A stretch of DNA of 51,150 bases. Origin: a virus. Lineage: Duplodnaviria > Caudoviricetes. The position numbers were made by a program, and so were the translations under genes. The stretch is taken from the IMG/VR virus record IMGVR_UViG_3300044653_000021, positions 1 to 51,150 of that record; one strand, written 5' to 3'. Below, in pieces: positions 43,604-51,150 of the stretch (positions within the stretch are counted from its first letter, which is position 1; each line of letters opens with the position of its first letter). The notes below the pieces were generated by a model. That model had not been told where the DNA came from. It did no database searches and was given only the letters and a program-made list of their open reading frames with translations.

Positions 43604-43961
43604 ACTCTCCCCAATCTAATCCTAGTTCGTGACATAGTTGACGTTCGATATTTTCTGCAAATCGGTGTTCTCGTCGGTAAGGTGCTTTAGAATCGTCACC
43701 TGGTTCACTAGTAAGATCGTCCTCAGCACGGTTGGCTTCGTATTGTTTATCAAAGGCTGCAATATCCGGTTCTTCTATACCACGGATACGACAAACATAA
43801 TATTCACATAGTTCATGAACAGCGACAAGTAGTTCTTTATATGTGTCGCCCATATCCGAAACGGTTACGAGCAGTTTGTTGTTAGGCAGTTCTTGATAGT
43901 CTCCAACTGTTTCATAACGTTGTTCGTTATGGGGAATAGTTTTAATAGTTATATTTAACAT
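43578..43961 (-). CDS. putative metal-dependent hydrolase (HExxE)
   Basis: VAVHELCE and downstream EH.FAENIE motifs. Confidence 0.55.
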   Translation of the reverse strand: MLNITIKTIPHNEQRYETVGDYQELPNNKLLVTVSDMGDTYKELLVAVHELCEYYVCRIRGIEEPDIAAFDKQYEANRAEDDLTSEPGDDSKAPYRREHRFAENIERQLCHELGLDWGEYEKTVYSL

Positions 43962-43963
43962 AG

Positions 43964-44614
43964 TTATGTAAGAATAATATTAGATTTTGGAGTTACACCA
44001 CCACCTGCTGTTATTTGATCGAAGATATTCTGTGTTTGTATTGTATAAACACCATCAGACATTACCCAATTCTCCCACTGTACCATACTTAGCCCTAAAC
44101 CATAAAAATGTTTTTCTAAAGTATTCCCCCAGAAATAATCTAACTCTACAACTAAAATTTCACCTAGATTACCAATCTTCATTAATGTAGGTAATTTAAC
44201 CTGTGTAATAACATCTCCACCTAAATTTTCTGGTTTATTATTTATTTGCTTTCCACCTTGAAAAGTATTATATGTTGATATAGATTGCAATGGTCCAGGA
44301 GGATTTTCTGTATCTAAATAACGATAAGACCATCCTATACCACCTTTTCCATTAGGAAATGTGGGGCTATTAAATTGTTTATAACTAGTAAAATCCGTCC
44401 AGCCATTTGGACCTTCAGTATAATTTTGATATATATACTTAGAATCATAAGCATCAATATCCCAAGGAAATCCACCAATTCCCTTGATTAACCATAACCA
44501 ACCTTGTTGCCAATAATTATAAACTGGATTAACTCCAGCTTGTTTGCTTGCTATATGATTAATACTATTAAACTGTGGTCCTGTTGACATAAAATTTAAC
44601 ATATCATAAATCAT
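43964..44614 (-). CDS. hypothetical aromatic-rich protein
   Basis: ATGA-coupled to the ATP-grasp gene. Confidence 0.55.
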   Translation of the reverse strand: MIYDMLNFMSTGPQFNSINHIASKQAGVNPVYNYWQQGWLWLIKGIGGFPWDIDAYDSKYIYQNYTEGPNGWTDFTSYKQFNSPTFPNGKGGIGWSYRYLDTENPPGPLQSISTYNTFQGGKQINNKPENLGGDVITQVKLPTLMKIGNLGEILVVELDYFWGNTLEKHFYGLGLSMVQWENWVMSDGVYTIQTQNIFDQITAGGGVTPKSNIILT

Positions 44615-45888
44615 CTCAACCACCCCTGACTATCAAGAATACGATATCTCTCCGTAATACTCTTCTCTAAGTCCGTCCTATACTGCGCATCCGGTATTTG
44701 TATCTTCTTCACCATCTCCGTCATTTTCCCAAACACCCCTTGTAATGAACTACTGGACTGTATAGGAACGCACACAAACCCTGACACACCAGCAGTAACA
44801 AGAGAATCATGTTTATCAAGGCAGCAATCATATAGAAAACAATTTTTAATACAATCATCTTCTTCTAGTCCTTCTATCGGCACTCCATCTGGATGGTGGT
44901 TCTTAATCTCCGATGGATACGGAGGAATAGATATACGAGTTCCGGCAGCATACGTATTAGATAAACGATATTCAGGCATACCACCAGTTGCGATACTACC
45001 AAGAAAATCTCCCAAGCCACCTTCAAATAACGAAAATAACGTTGAAGTACAATCATAACCAAATCTAGGTGTCCATTCGAGGCCATATAATTTACTATCA
45101 CTAACAATAGAGTTTAGGTCTATATACCCACGAAATCCATATTCTTGTAAAAATTCTTTAGTCTTTCCTAGCCCCTCCCGAAATACAAATGGTGGATTGT
45201 CATTATCATAAATGAACTCCAAATTCCCAGCACATCCAGTATTCGGGCCTCTATTATCATTCATCAACTTCTTCTCTTCCAATGTCCCACTAATCAAGAA
45301 GAACTCTTCCCCATTAAACCATGCTTCGGTGCTAATCTCGGTCCCCTGAACAACTTCCTGTAAAATGAACTCTGCCCCTTTGGAGATTCCACTGAGCTTA
45401 TCGAGATAGAGCAACATGTCCTCGGGAGACTTACTAACATACGTCGAAGCTGTGTCCTGATTCTGCCCACCATTAGGTTTGAACACAAATGTTTTATTAG
45501 TTTTCTTGATAAACCGTTTGGCAGTTCCAAGGTCATTAAATGTTTCATAAAAAGGAACTCCTATATCACACTGTTCCATTACTTCAATACCAAGAAGTCT
45601 ATTATCCTCTAGTTCACTATGTATATCTCCATCCCCAAGACAAGGGACTCCTAGTTTACAAACTTCTTCTGCAATATGCGGACGGCCAGTGAGATCAAAT
45701 AGTACAAGATCATATTTCTTAAAATCAGGTTTTGCCCTGAGTGGCGCTTTTATTATGCCACTCAGGACATTGCTGTAATCATCATAGTGTGATTGTAACC
45801 ATATATCAACCTGATGGCCTTCTTCTTGTAATTGAAGAGAAAACCAGCTTCCGTACATTGTATAAGTTACAATTAATATTTTCGCCAT
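44611..45888 (-). CDS. PurD/GAR-synthetase-like ATP-grasp ligase
   Basis: LEDNR..G..VM, FVFKP, FILQEVV.GTEIS, EEKK...GPNTGC.G, G.IDLN, LEWTPRFGYD and YRTD motifs. Confidence 0.8.
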   Translation of the reverse strand: MAKILIVTYTMYGSWFSLQLQEEGHQVDIWLQSHYDDYSNVLSGIIKAPLRAKPDFKKYDLVLFDLTGRPHIAEEVCKLGVPCLGDGDIHSELEDNRLLGIEVMEQCDIGVPFYETFNDLGTAKRFIKKTNKTFVFKPNGGQNQDTASTYVSKSPEDMLLYLDKLSGISKGAEFILQEVVQGTEISTEAWFNGEEFFLISGTLEEKKLMNDNRGPNTGCAGNLEFIYDNDNPPFVFREGLGKTKEFLQEYGFRGYIDLNSIVSDSKLYGLEWTPRFGYDCTSTLFSLFEGGLGDFLGSIATGGMPEYRLSNTYAAGTRISIPPYPSEIKNHHPDGVPIEGLEEDDCIKNCFLYDCCLDKHDSLVTAGVSGFVCVPIQSSSSLQGVFGKMTEMVKKIQIPDAQYRTDLEKSITERYRILDSQGWLR

Positions 45889-45909
45889 GATGTTTATAAG
45901 GATAACTTA

Positions 45910-46113
45910 CTATACAGGCCGTTTGTTAACAACATCTCCATCAGTATACGCAGGCTCGACATTCTTTGTACTAGTTGTCATATTCGCACCTGAATTACTA
46001 CCGTGTGCATGGATCCCAACAGGCCCACCATTGTCACCGCAGCCTGTGTTATGTGAGATGCGTTTGATATTTGCCTTAACTTCATCCGTCGTGTGTTCGT
46101 GAGGGGCAGTCAT
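45910..46113 (-). CDS. small low-complexity peptide (67 aa) upstream of the ATP-grasp gene
   Basis: AGGAG RBS; His/Gly/Thr/Asn-rich. Confidence 0.55.
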   Translation of the reverse strand: MTAPHEHTTDEVKANIKRISHNTGCGDNGGPVGIHAHGSNSGANMTTSTKNVEPAYTDGDVVNKRPV

Positions 46114-46119
46114 GATTTA

Positions 46120-47715
46120 TTACTTCTCCTGTGTTTTATTTTGTTGCCGATACTTTACTTCATCCGGGTGTTGTTTATAATATTCATCCTCTGTTGCTTT
46201 TTGTTCTTCTACAATTTCCTTGTCTTGTTTCTCAATATAAACTTTTAATTCATCTCTAGTAGCACTAATACCTTTCACAGTTCCTAGTGTGCCAGCACGG
46301 ATATAATTTTCATATAACCTCATACCTTCCGTACTGGTCATTACCTTTGCAAGACGGTTTAATACTAATGCCGAACCAGATAACTTCATGGCTGCATTAA
46401 GTGTTATTCCATTACGAAAAGGTACAATGAAGCCAAGATTAAGAAACCGACCAACACCACTCTGTTGTCCACCTGTCTTGTCGACTAATTGAGCAAATTC
46501 TTCTATCTTTTGAAAACGACCAGCACCAAATATAATCTTTAAACGTTCTTCGCCAAACTTATTAAATCCATCTGTAATTTTCCTTCCTACAAATTGATTA
46601 GTTGTTTTCTGTAATCCTTTAGAAATTGGATCATTAACACCTGTTAATGCTTCATGTAAAATATCTTTCATAATTCTAGTATTAATAGCATTAAGTGTTT
46701 TAGGTGCATTTTCACTCAACTGTCCTACCATTTTACGTGTTTCTTCTAATGATGCTGTTCTAAGATAACCACCTATAAGTTCAGGCTTATTAGTTTTCAT
46801 TATCTGAATAGCTAATTGATTTTTAAACTCTGCTTCATAAGCAGCTACTGCTGCATTAGCAGCTTTCTTTTCTGCTACGGTCTTCGCTAAGGCTTGTCTC
46901 TCATATATAGCTCCATCACCACTGGCAACCTTAGATATTGACCTATAAGTATCTTGTAATAACTTCCCCATCTCCTCAGTAGTACCACTGAAACGACTAA
47001 AACCTTTTGCTAATTTTTCAGTAGCACCAATAAGTTGAGAGTTTTGTTGTAACTTAGCTTTATTCCATATTCCAGCAGAAGGGGCAAGGTTAGCAAGAAT
47101 ATCTTCTACATATTTTGTAATTTTTCCACCATTTAATTCTGATGGAAAGAATTTAATCCCATTAATAATTTCAGCATGTGGGATTTTGTTTAAAAGTTTA
47201 AAAAATAACTCCCCACCATATCTCCCAGCACCTTCTAGTCCGGCTTGTTTAATACCTTCCCCTAAAATATATTTAACTGTATTATAATTAGTATCTGCCT
47301 TATCACCAGTAGGAATATTATCTCCACTGCGATTAAATACTAATCGTTGTATAATCTCATTCCCACTAGCGCCAGCCATACCACCCAAGGCTGACATACC
47401 AACACCAACAGGATTCGTTTTCTTACCCGCAGCCGCTCCAAATCCTGCACCACCTGCTGCTGGTAATCCCTTACTAACAGCATCCACAGCATTAAGACCC
47501 ATGCTTTTATTAGCATCTACCATACTATGTTGCATAGCAGAGGCTTGTGGTTGATAGGGCTGGAATGTACTAGTAGGCTTACTATCTTTGGGCGCGGATA
47601 TACCTTTCTTCTTAAAGTACGCAACAGCCTTGTCTTTAGTTGTCCCAGCAGGAAACTTATATGTTTTCTTATCTGGTCCAACTACAGTAACTTGTTGTTC
47701 TTGTGTCTCAGGCAT
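46120..47715 (-). CDS. putative internal virion / DNA ejection protein
   Basis: 531 aa; N-terminal V.GPD.K.YKFPAGT motif, Gly/Ala-rich hydrophobic segment, helical body. Confidence 0.6.
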   Translation of the reverse strand: MPETQEQQVTVVGPDKKTYKFPAGTTKDKAVAYFKKKGISAPKDSKPTSTFQPYQPQASAMQHSMVDANKSMGLNAVDAVSKGLPAAGGAGFGAAAGKKTNPVGVGMSALGGMAGASGNEIIQRLVFNRSGDNIPTGDKADTNYNTVKYILGEGIKQAGLEGAGRYGGELFFKLLNKIPHAEIINGIKFFPSELNGGKITKYVEDILANLAPSAGIWNKAKLQQNSQLIGATEKLAKGFSRFSGTTEEMGKLLQDTYRSISKVASGDGAIYERQALAKTVAEKKAANAAVAAYEAEFKNQLAIQIMKTNKPELIGGYLRTASLEETRKMVGQLSENAPKTLNAINTRIMKDILHEALTGVNDPISKGLQKTTNQFVGRKITDGFNKFGEERLKIIFGAGRFQKIEEFAQLVDKTGGQQSGVGRFLNLGFIVPFRNGITLNAAMKLSGSALVLNRLAKVMTSTEGMRLYENYIRAGTLGTVKGISATRDELKVYIEKQDKEIVEEQKATEDEYYKQHPDEVKYRQQNKTQEK

Positions 47716-47720
47716 ATATT

Positions 47721-49040
47721 CTATTTCATATCATCATCAGTGACAGTAATAGGCTCAGAGGAATCATTCTGTGGGGTATCATTAGGAGTATTAGCATCTG
47801 GTGTAGGTGCAAGTAATCCCATTTGATTTAAATTTACCATTTTCTGTCTAGTCTCATTCAACTGTCCTTGTAATGATTGAATTCTAAGATTATTAATATC
47901 AATCTTATTTCTCATCATCTTAGCATCAGTATCAGAAGCAGCTTTTGCGCCGAAGATACTTCCCATGAAACCTTGGCGCTTTTTATCTAGTTCAGTTTGA
48001 TTCTTTTCATTTTCGGTAGCTAACGTTTTAATTTCGGTGTTAAGTGAATTAGCATCATTATACAAAGTCTTAAGAACAGGATTATTAGTAGATTGTTTTC
48101 TAAGAATATCAATCCTCTTATCCCATTCAGCAGCCTGTATCTTAGCAACTTGTACTCTAGCCACTCTATTAGCTTCTGCAATCTTTTCGTTACTTAAATA
48201 TCTTGCTGTTGCAGCTAAGTACTGTTTCTCATATCCACCTTGTTTTGCTTTAATTAAATCCTGTGCTACTTTATCCCGACCAGCAATTTCATCTTCTTTT
48301 GTTTTTGCCTCAGATAATGTCTTAATATTTTGCCACGACGCTGTACTCTGATGATTAGCATCTGGAATAAGACCTTGTTGGATTAATTGAGCATTAATCT
48401 GTTGTTGTGGATTAAGCTGCTGCCTTACTGGTTGAGCATTCTGTAATTTCTGTGCAATTGGATTAAGTGGTTGTGCTTGACCCTTACTATCAGCAGTTTC
48501 TTTATCTTTCTTCCACTGTGTCATAGCACCAGCAAGAGCAGATTGTTCATTCTTATTCTTACCTCCCTTAGTACCAAATAAATCCACATCAAAAGCCTTT
48601 TGTAATTGTTTAGATATTTTAGGATCAGAAGTTATAATATTCTGTAACTTTCGATTATGTATTAACGCTTGCTGAGCATCTTTATCATCTGGATTTTCTT
48701 GTAACTTTGCTTTAGCCTCTTGTTCACCTTCTTGTGCAGAAATAAGTGTTTTGATATGATTTTGTAAGGTTAAATTTTTCTTTTCCTGAATATACTTAGC
48801 GCCAGCACTAATACCTTGTGCTATAGTACTTGCCATCCTGCTTTGATCATATCTCTTCCGAGCACCAGCAGTCTGAAAATGATTCTGTGGCTGCATTTGT
48901 TGCTGTTGTGGTACTTGTAATTGTGGCCGAGGACTAGGCTGTGCTAATGGCTGTGGTGCCATAGTCGTGAGGCTATTAGGATTTACGCCAGTATTTCCAG
49001 GCAGACTAGAACTAGCAGCTTGTGTTAATACATCATCCAT
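47721..49040 (-). CDS. putative internal virion / DNA ejection protein
   Basis: 439 aa Gln/Ala/Lys-rich coiled coil; position in the ejection cluster. Confidence 0.55.
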   Translation of the reverse strand: MDDVLTQAASSSLPGNTGVNPNSLTTMAPQPLAQPSPRPQLQVPQQQQMQPQNHFQTAGARKRYDQSRMASTIAQGISAGAKYIQEKKNLTLQNHIKTLISAQEGEQEAKAKLQENPDDKDAQQALIHNRKLQNIITSDPKISKQLQKAFDVDLFGTKGGKNKNEQSALAGAMTQWKKDKETADSKGQAQPLNPIAQKLQNAQPVRQQLNPQQQINAQLIQQGLIPDANHQSTASWQNIKTLSEAKTKEDEIAGRDKVAQDLIKAKQGGYEKQYLAATARYLSNEKIAEANRVARVQVAKIQAAEWDKRIDILRKQSTNNPVLKTLYNDANSLNTEIKTLATENEKNQTELDKKRQGFMGSIFGAKAASDTDAKMMRNKIDINNLRIQSLQGQLNETRQKMVNLNQMGLLAPTPDANTPNDTPQNDSSEPITVTDDDMK

Positions 49041-49048
49041 ATATCCTC

Positions 49049-49981
49049 CTATGCAAAGAATGCTGCTAATTCACCAAGACCACCAGTACTCCCAGCAGCA
49101 CCAGTATCTCCAAGTAATCCACTACTACCACCAAGACTTGCTGCGGCACTAGTTTCACCGCTATATTGATCAAGAGCACCAGAATTCATTGTACCAGAAT
49201 CACTCCCGACAGTACTTCCATCAGTAGAAGGAGTACTAAACTGATCCATAATATTATTCGGTGTTGATGTTGGTACATCCGATGCAGCAGTACTTTTTGG
49301 AATAGGTTGACTAACATTAGGAACAGGACCAGTAACAAGATTAGCAAGTCCCATAGCTACACTATAGAAATCTGCAAAATCATTCATAAAACCACCCTGA
49401 TCTGCATGTGTTTCTTGTAGTGGCCCCATGAGATTAGTTAATAATTGTAATTGTTCTGTTTGTGCATTTTCATACATACCTGCTAATGTTGATTGCTCAT
49501 TAAGATTAACTTGACTCTCATAATTCCCAATCCCCAAAGCAGCCGCGCTTCCGAATCGTGATCCCTCAGCACCAAAAGAATTTTGTACTGATGCAAGCCC
49601 TTGTGCATTTCCAGGACCCATTGCATTAAGAAATGCGGCGGCGATCTGAGGATTGAATAATCCATTAGTAAGTAGATTATTAATCTCATTCCCCATACCA
49701 GAACCGTATGTCTGGTTGAGTTCGTTTAATAAATTTTGAGGGACTTGATTCCCTGTAAAGCCACTACTAAGATCAGAAAGTCCACCACTAGTACCACTCC
49801 ATAACGGAGCATTAGAAGATGGTGTTACTGAACTCGTCCCAGATGGTGCTCCGAACATAGGGTAAGGTTGATTACCACCACTATTCATACTTACACCAGT
49901 ATTCGTTCCAGTAGGATTCCAGTTTCCCTGTGGTGGAAGTGGTGCATTATTACCTGTAAGCCCAAAAGAAGGACTAGCCAT
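49049..49981 (-). CDS. putative internal virion / pilot protein
   Basis: 310 aa Gly/Ser/Asn-rich with an FG..GSRFGS motif. Confidence 0.55.
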   Translation of the reverse strand: MASPSFGLTGNNAPLPPQGNWNPTGTNTGVSMNSGGNQPYPMFGAPSGTSSVTPSSNAPLWSGTSGGLSDLSSGFTGNQVPQNLLNELNQTYGSGMGNEINNLLTNGLFNPQIAAAFLNAMGPGNAQGLASVQNSFGAEGSRFGSAAALGIGNYESQVNLNEQSTLAGMYENAQTEQLQLLTNLMGPLQETHADQGGFMNDFADFYSVAMGLANLVTGPVPNVSQPIPKSTAASDVPTSTPNNIMDQFSTPSTDGSTVGSDSGTMNSGALDQYSGETSAAASLGGSSGLLGDTGAAGSTGGLGELAAFFA

Positions 49982-49989
49982 ATATACTC

Positions 49990-50787
49990 CTAAGTATATC
50001 GTCTAACGACAGGTCGTAATTGTCGTTCATTAAAACTAGTCTGCCTATCTTGTTGTGTCATACGTACAGTTATAATACCAGGCATTTCATTACCACGTTT
50101 GTCCTTATATCCATATAATTGATTATGATATAGTTGTCCAATATCCACCATACCAATATCATAACATGCCTTTTCTGCCGCAGCGGTTATGATTATCTCA
50201 GTCCAATCTATCGGCATATAGATTTTCGATTGTGCTATTTGCCCAAGAGCCTGTGTGTTAGATATAGATAACAATACTTGCTCATATGAAATATTAAATG
50301 GATGTTGTCTCTGATACGTTAACTGTGTTGGATATGGATTGTCTGGCATAAAGCCTACAAGAATATATCCATTATTATCATATGAACCACTAAGACAATA
50401 TACTGTCGGAAGTCCTAAGATCTTAGACATAGGCTCAACTACACGAATGTCTCTATCTTTCATCTCCATACCAGTACTTTGTCCTACGGTAATAGTTCCA
50501 CCAGTATCAAAGTATGTAAACCAATTTCTAAGAAATGTTATTCTATCCGTTGAACTTTGTATAAAGGGATTTCCATTAACTCCAAGAAGGTCATAACCTC
50601 TTAATGGATATTGTGATATACTCTGTACAAAGTTCGTAAGAGGTCCTGTTACTTTAAGTTCCTCAAACTCATAATTCTGTGATAGATCAATTAATGCCTG
50701 TGCAATATAGTACGGACACGACCCCGTCTTATCCGTCCTACCACGGAGTTTACTAAGAACTGCTGGTACTAAGTCATTAATAACCAT
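49990..50787 (-). CDS. putative head-tail adaptor / tail tubular protein A-like
   Basis: 265 aa; GLPTVY, F.PD..Y...L.Y and MP.DW.EII..AA motifs typical of adaptors. Confidence 0.6.
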   Translation of the reverse strand: MVINDLVPAVLSKLRGRTDKTGSCPYYIAQALIDLSQNYEFEELKVTGPLTNFVQSISQYPLRGYDLLGVNGNPFIQSSTDRITFLRNWFTYFDTGGTITVGQSTGMEMKDRDIRVVEPMSKILGLPTVYCLSGSYDNNGYILVGFMPDNPYPTQLTYQRQHPFNISYEQVLLSISNTQALGQIAQSKIYMPIDWTEIIITAAAEKACYDIGMVDIGQLYHNQLYGYKDKRGNEMPGIITVRMTQQDRQTSFNERQLRPVVRRYT

Positions 50788-50793
50788 ATAACC

Positions 50794-51150
50794 CTAACCA
50801 CCAAGAAAATATTCAACAAAACCCGCAGCAGATGCTGCTATTTCTAATGTAGTTATTCCAGCAGTCGCTCCACCAGGAGCTTGCCATAAAATAATTTGAT
50901 CTCCAGGATATAATACTGTAATAGTAACATCAGAACCACCAGTGTTCGGTGTCCAAGTGACTGTTAAAGTTGCTACAGGATCTATATTTTTAATATATAC
51001 TTCTGTAATGGGACTTATTGGTAATGGTATTGTATTACCACCAGCACTTAACTTTTTATAAGTTGTAAATTGTCCAACATTACTAGCAAAAGCTGGATTT
51101 CCAGTACTTCTATTAATATCTACATTGGAAGTACTTTGCTCGGTACTTGA
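50794..51150 (-). CDS. partial virion protein (5' end off the window, probably at positions 1-31)
   Basis: open frame SSTEQSTSNVDINRSTG...VYIKNID...VEYFLGG* from the window end. Confidence 0.65.
   Translation of the reverse strand, partial: SSTEQSTSNVDINRSTGNPAFASNVGQFTTYKKLSAGGNTIPLPISPITEVYIKNIDPVATLTVTWTPNTGGSDVTITVLYPGDQIILWQAPGGATAGITTLEIAASAAGFVEYFLGG

Noticed and set aside
44611-45888. Calling the ATP-grasp gene purD (auxiliary metabolic gene)
   Set aside because: Divergent substrate-binding motifs, location among virion genes and absence of other pur genes; symbol withheld.
45910-46113. NTGCG in the small peptide mimicking the ligase NTGCA loop
   Set aside because: A four-residue match is easily explained by chance.
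875-50596. Many antisense or alternate-frame ORFs in the track (e.g. 9635-9889, 10295-10681, 13453-13869, 19545-19955, 38319-38813, 48037-48351)
   Set aside because: They overlap well-supported genes, lack RBSs and go against the two-arm strand organisation or the established reading frame; treated as shadow ORFs.
1-51150. CRISPR array, integrase/att site or alternative genetic code
   Set aside because: No regularly spaced repeats and no recombinase motif were seen; standard-code ORFs tile the genome densely, so stop-codon reassignment is not needed.

Overview
This window is a near-complete, circularly permuted ~51 kb AT-rich tailed dsDNA phage genome, probably podovirus-like. It has a portal, terminase, HK97-type capsid, tail adaptor/nozzle-like proteins and three putative ejection proteins, with no tape measure or sheath gene recognised. 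The minus-strand morphogenesis arm runs 16241->1 and wraps to 51150->38788. The plus-strand early/replication arm (17318-38748) carries a split PolA, a Sak4-like ATPase, an SSB, a PD-(D/E)XK nuclease, FtsK, a vWA protein, MazG and tRNA-Leu(UAA). No integrase, RNA polymerase, primase, reverse transcriptase or CRISPR array was recognised. The most striking observations are: (1) a GroES co-chaperonin with a DnaJ-type four-CxxC zinc finger inserted in its mobile loop, plus a separate HPD J-domain protein; (2) five Cys-rich virion-module proteins, including both tail-fibre/spike candidates, that start with Sec-type signal peptides and share shuffled domains; (3) several large, highly base-paired intergenic RNA candidates, two directly behind their own sigma70-like promoters; (4) a PurD-like ATP-grasp ligase, small peptide and HExxE protein cassette among the virion genes. 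All family calls come from motif recognition by eye, with no database searches.
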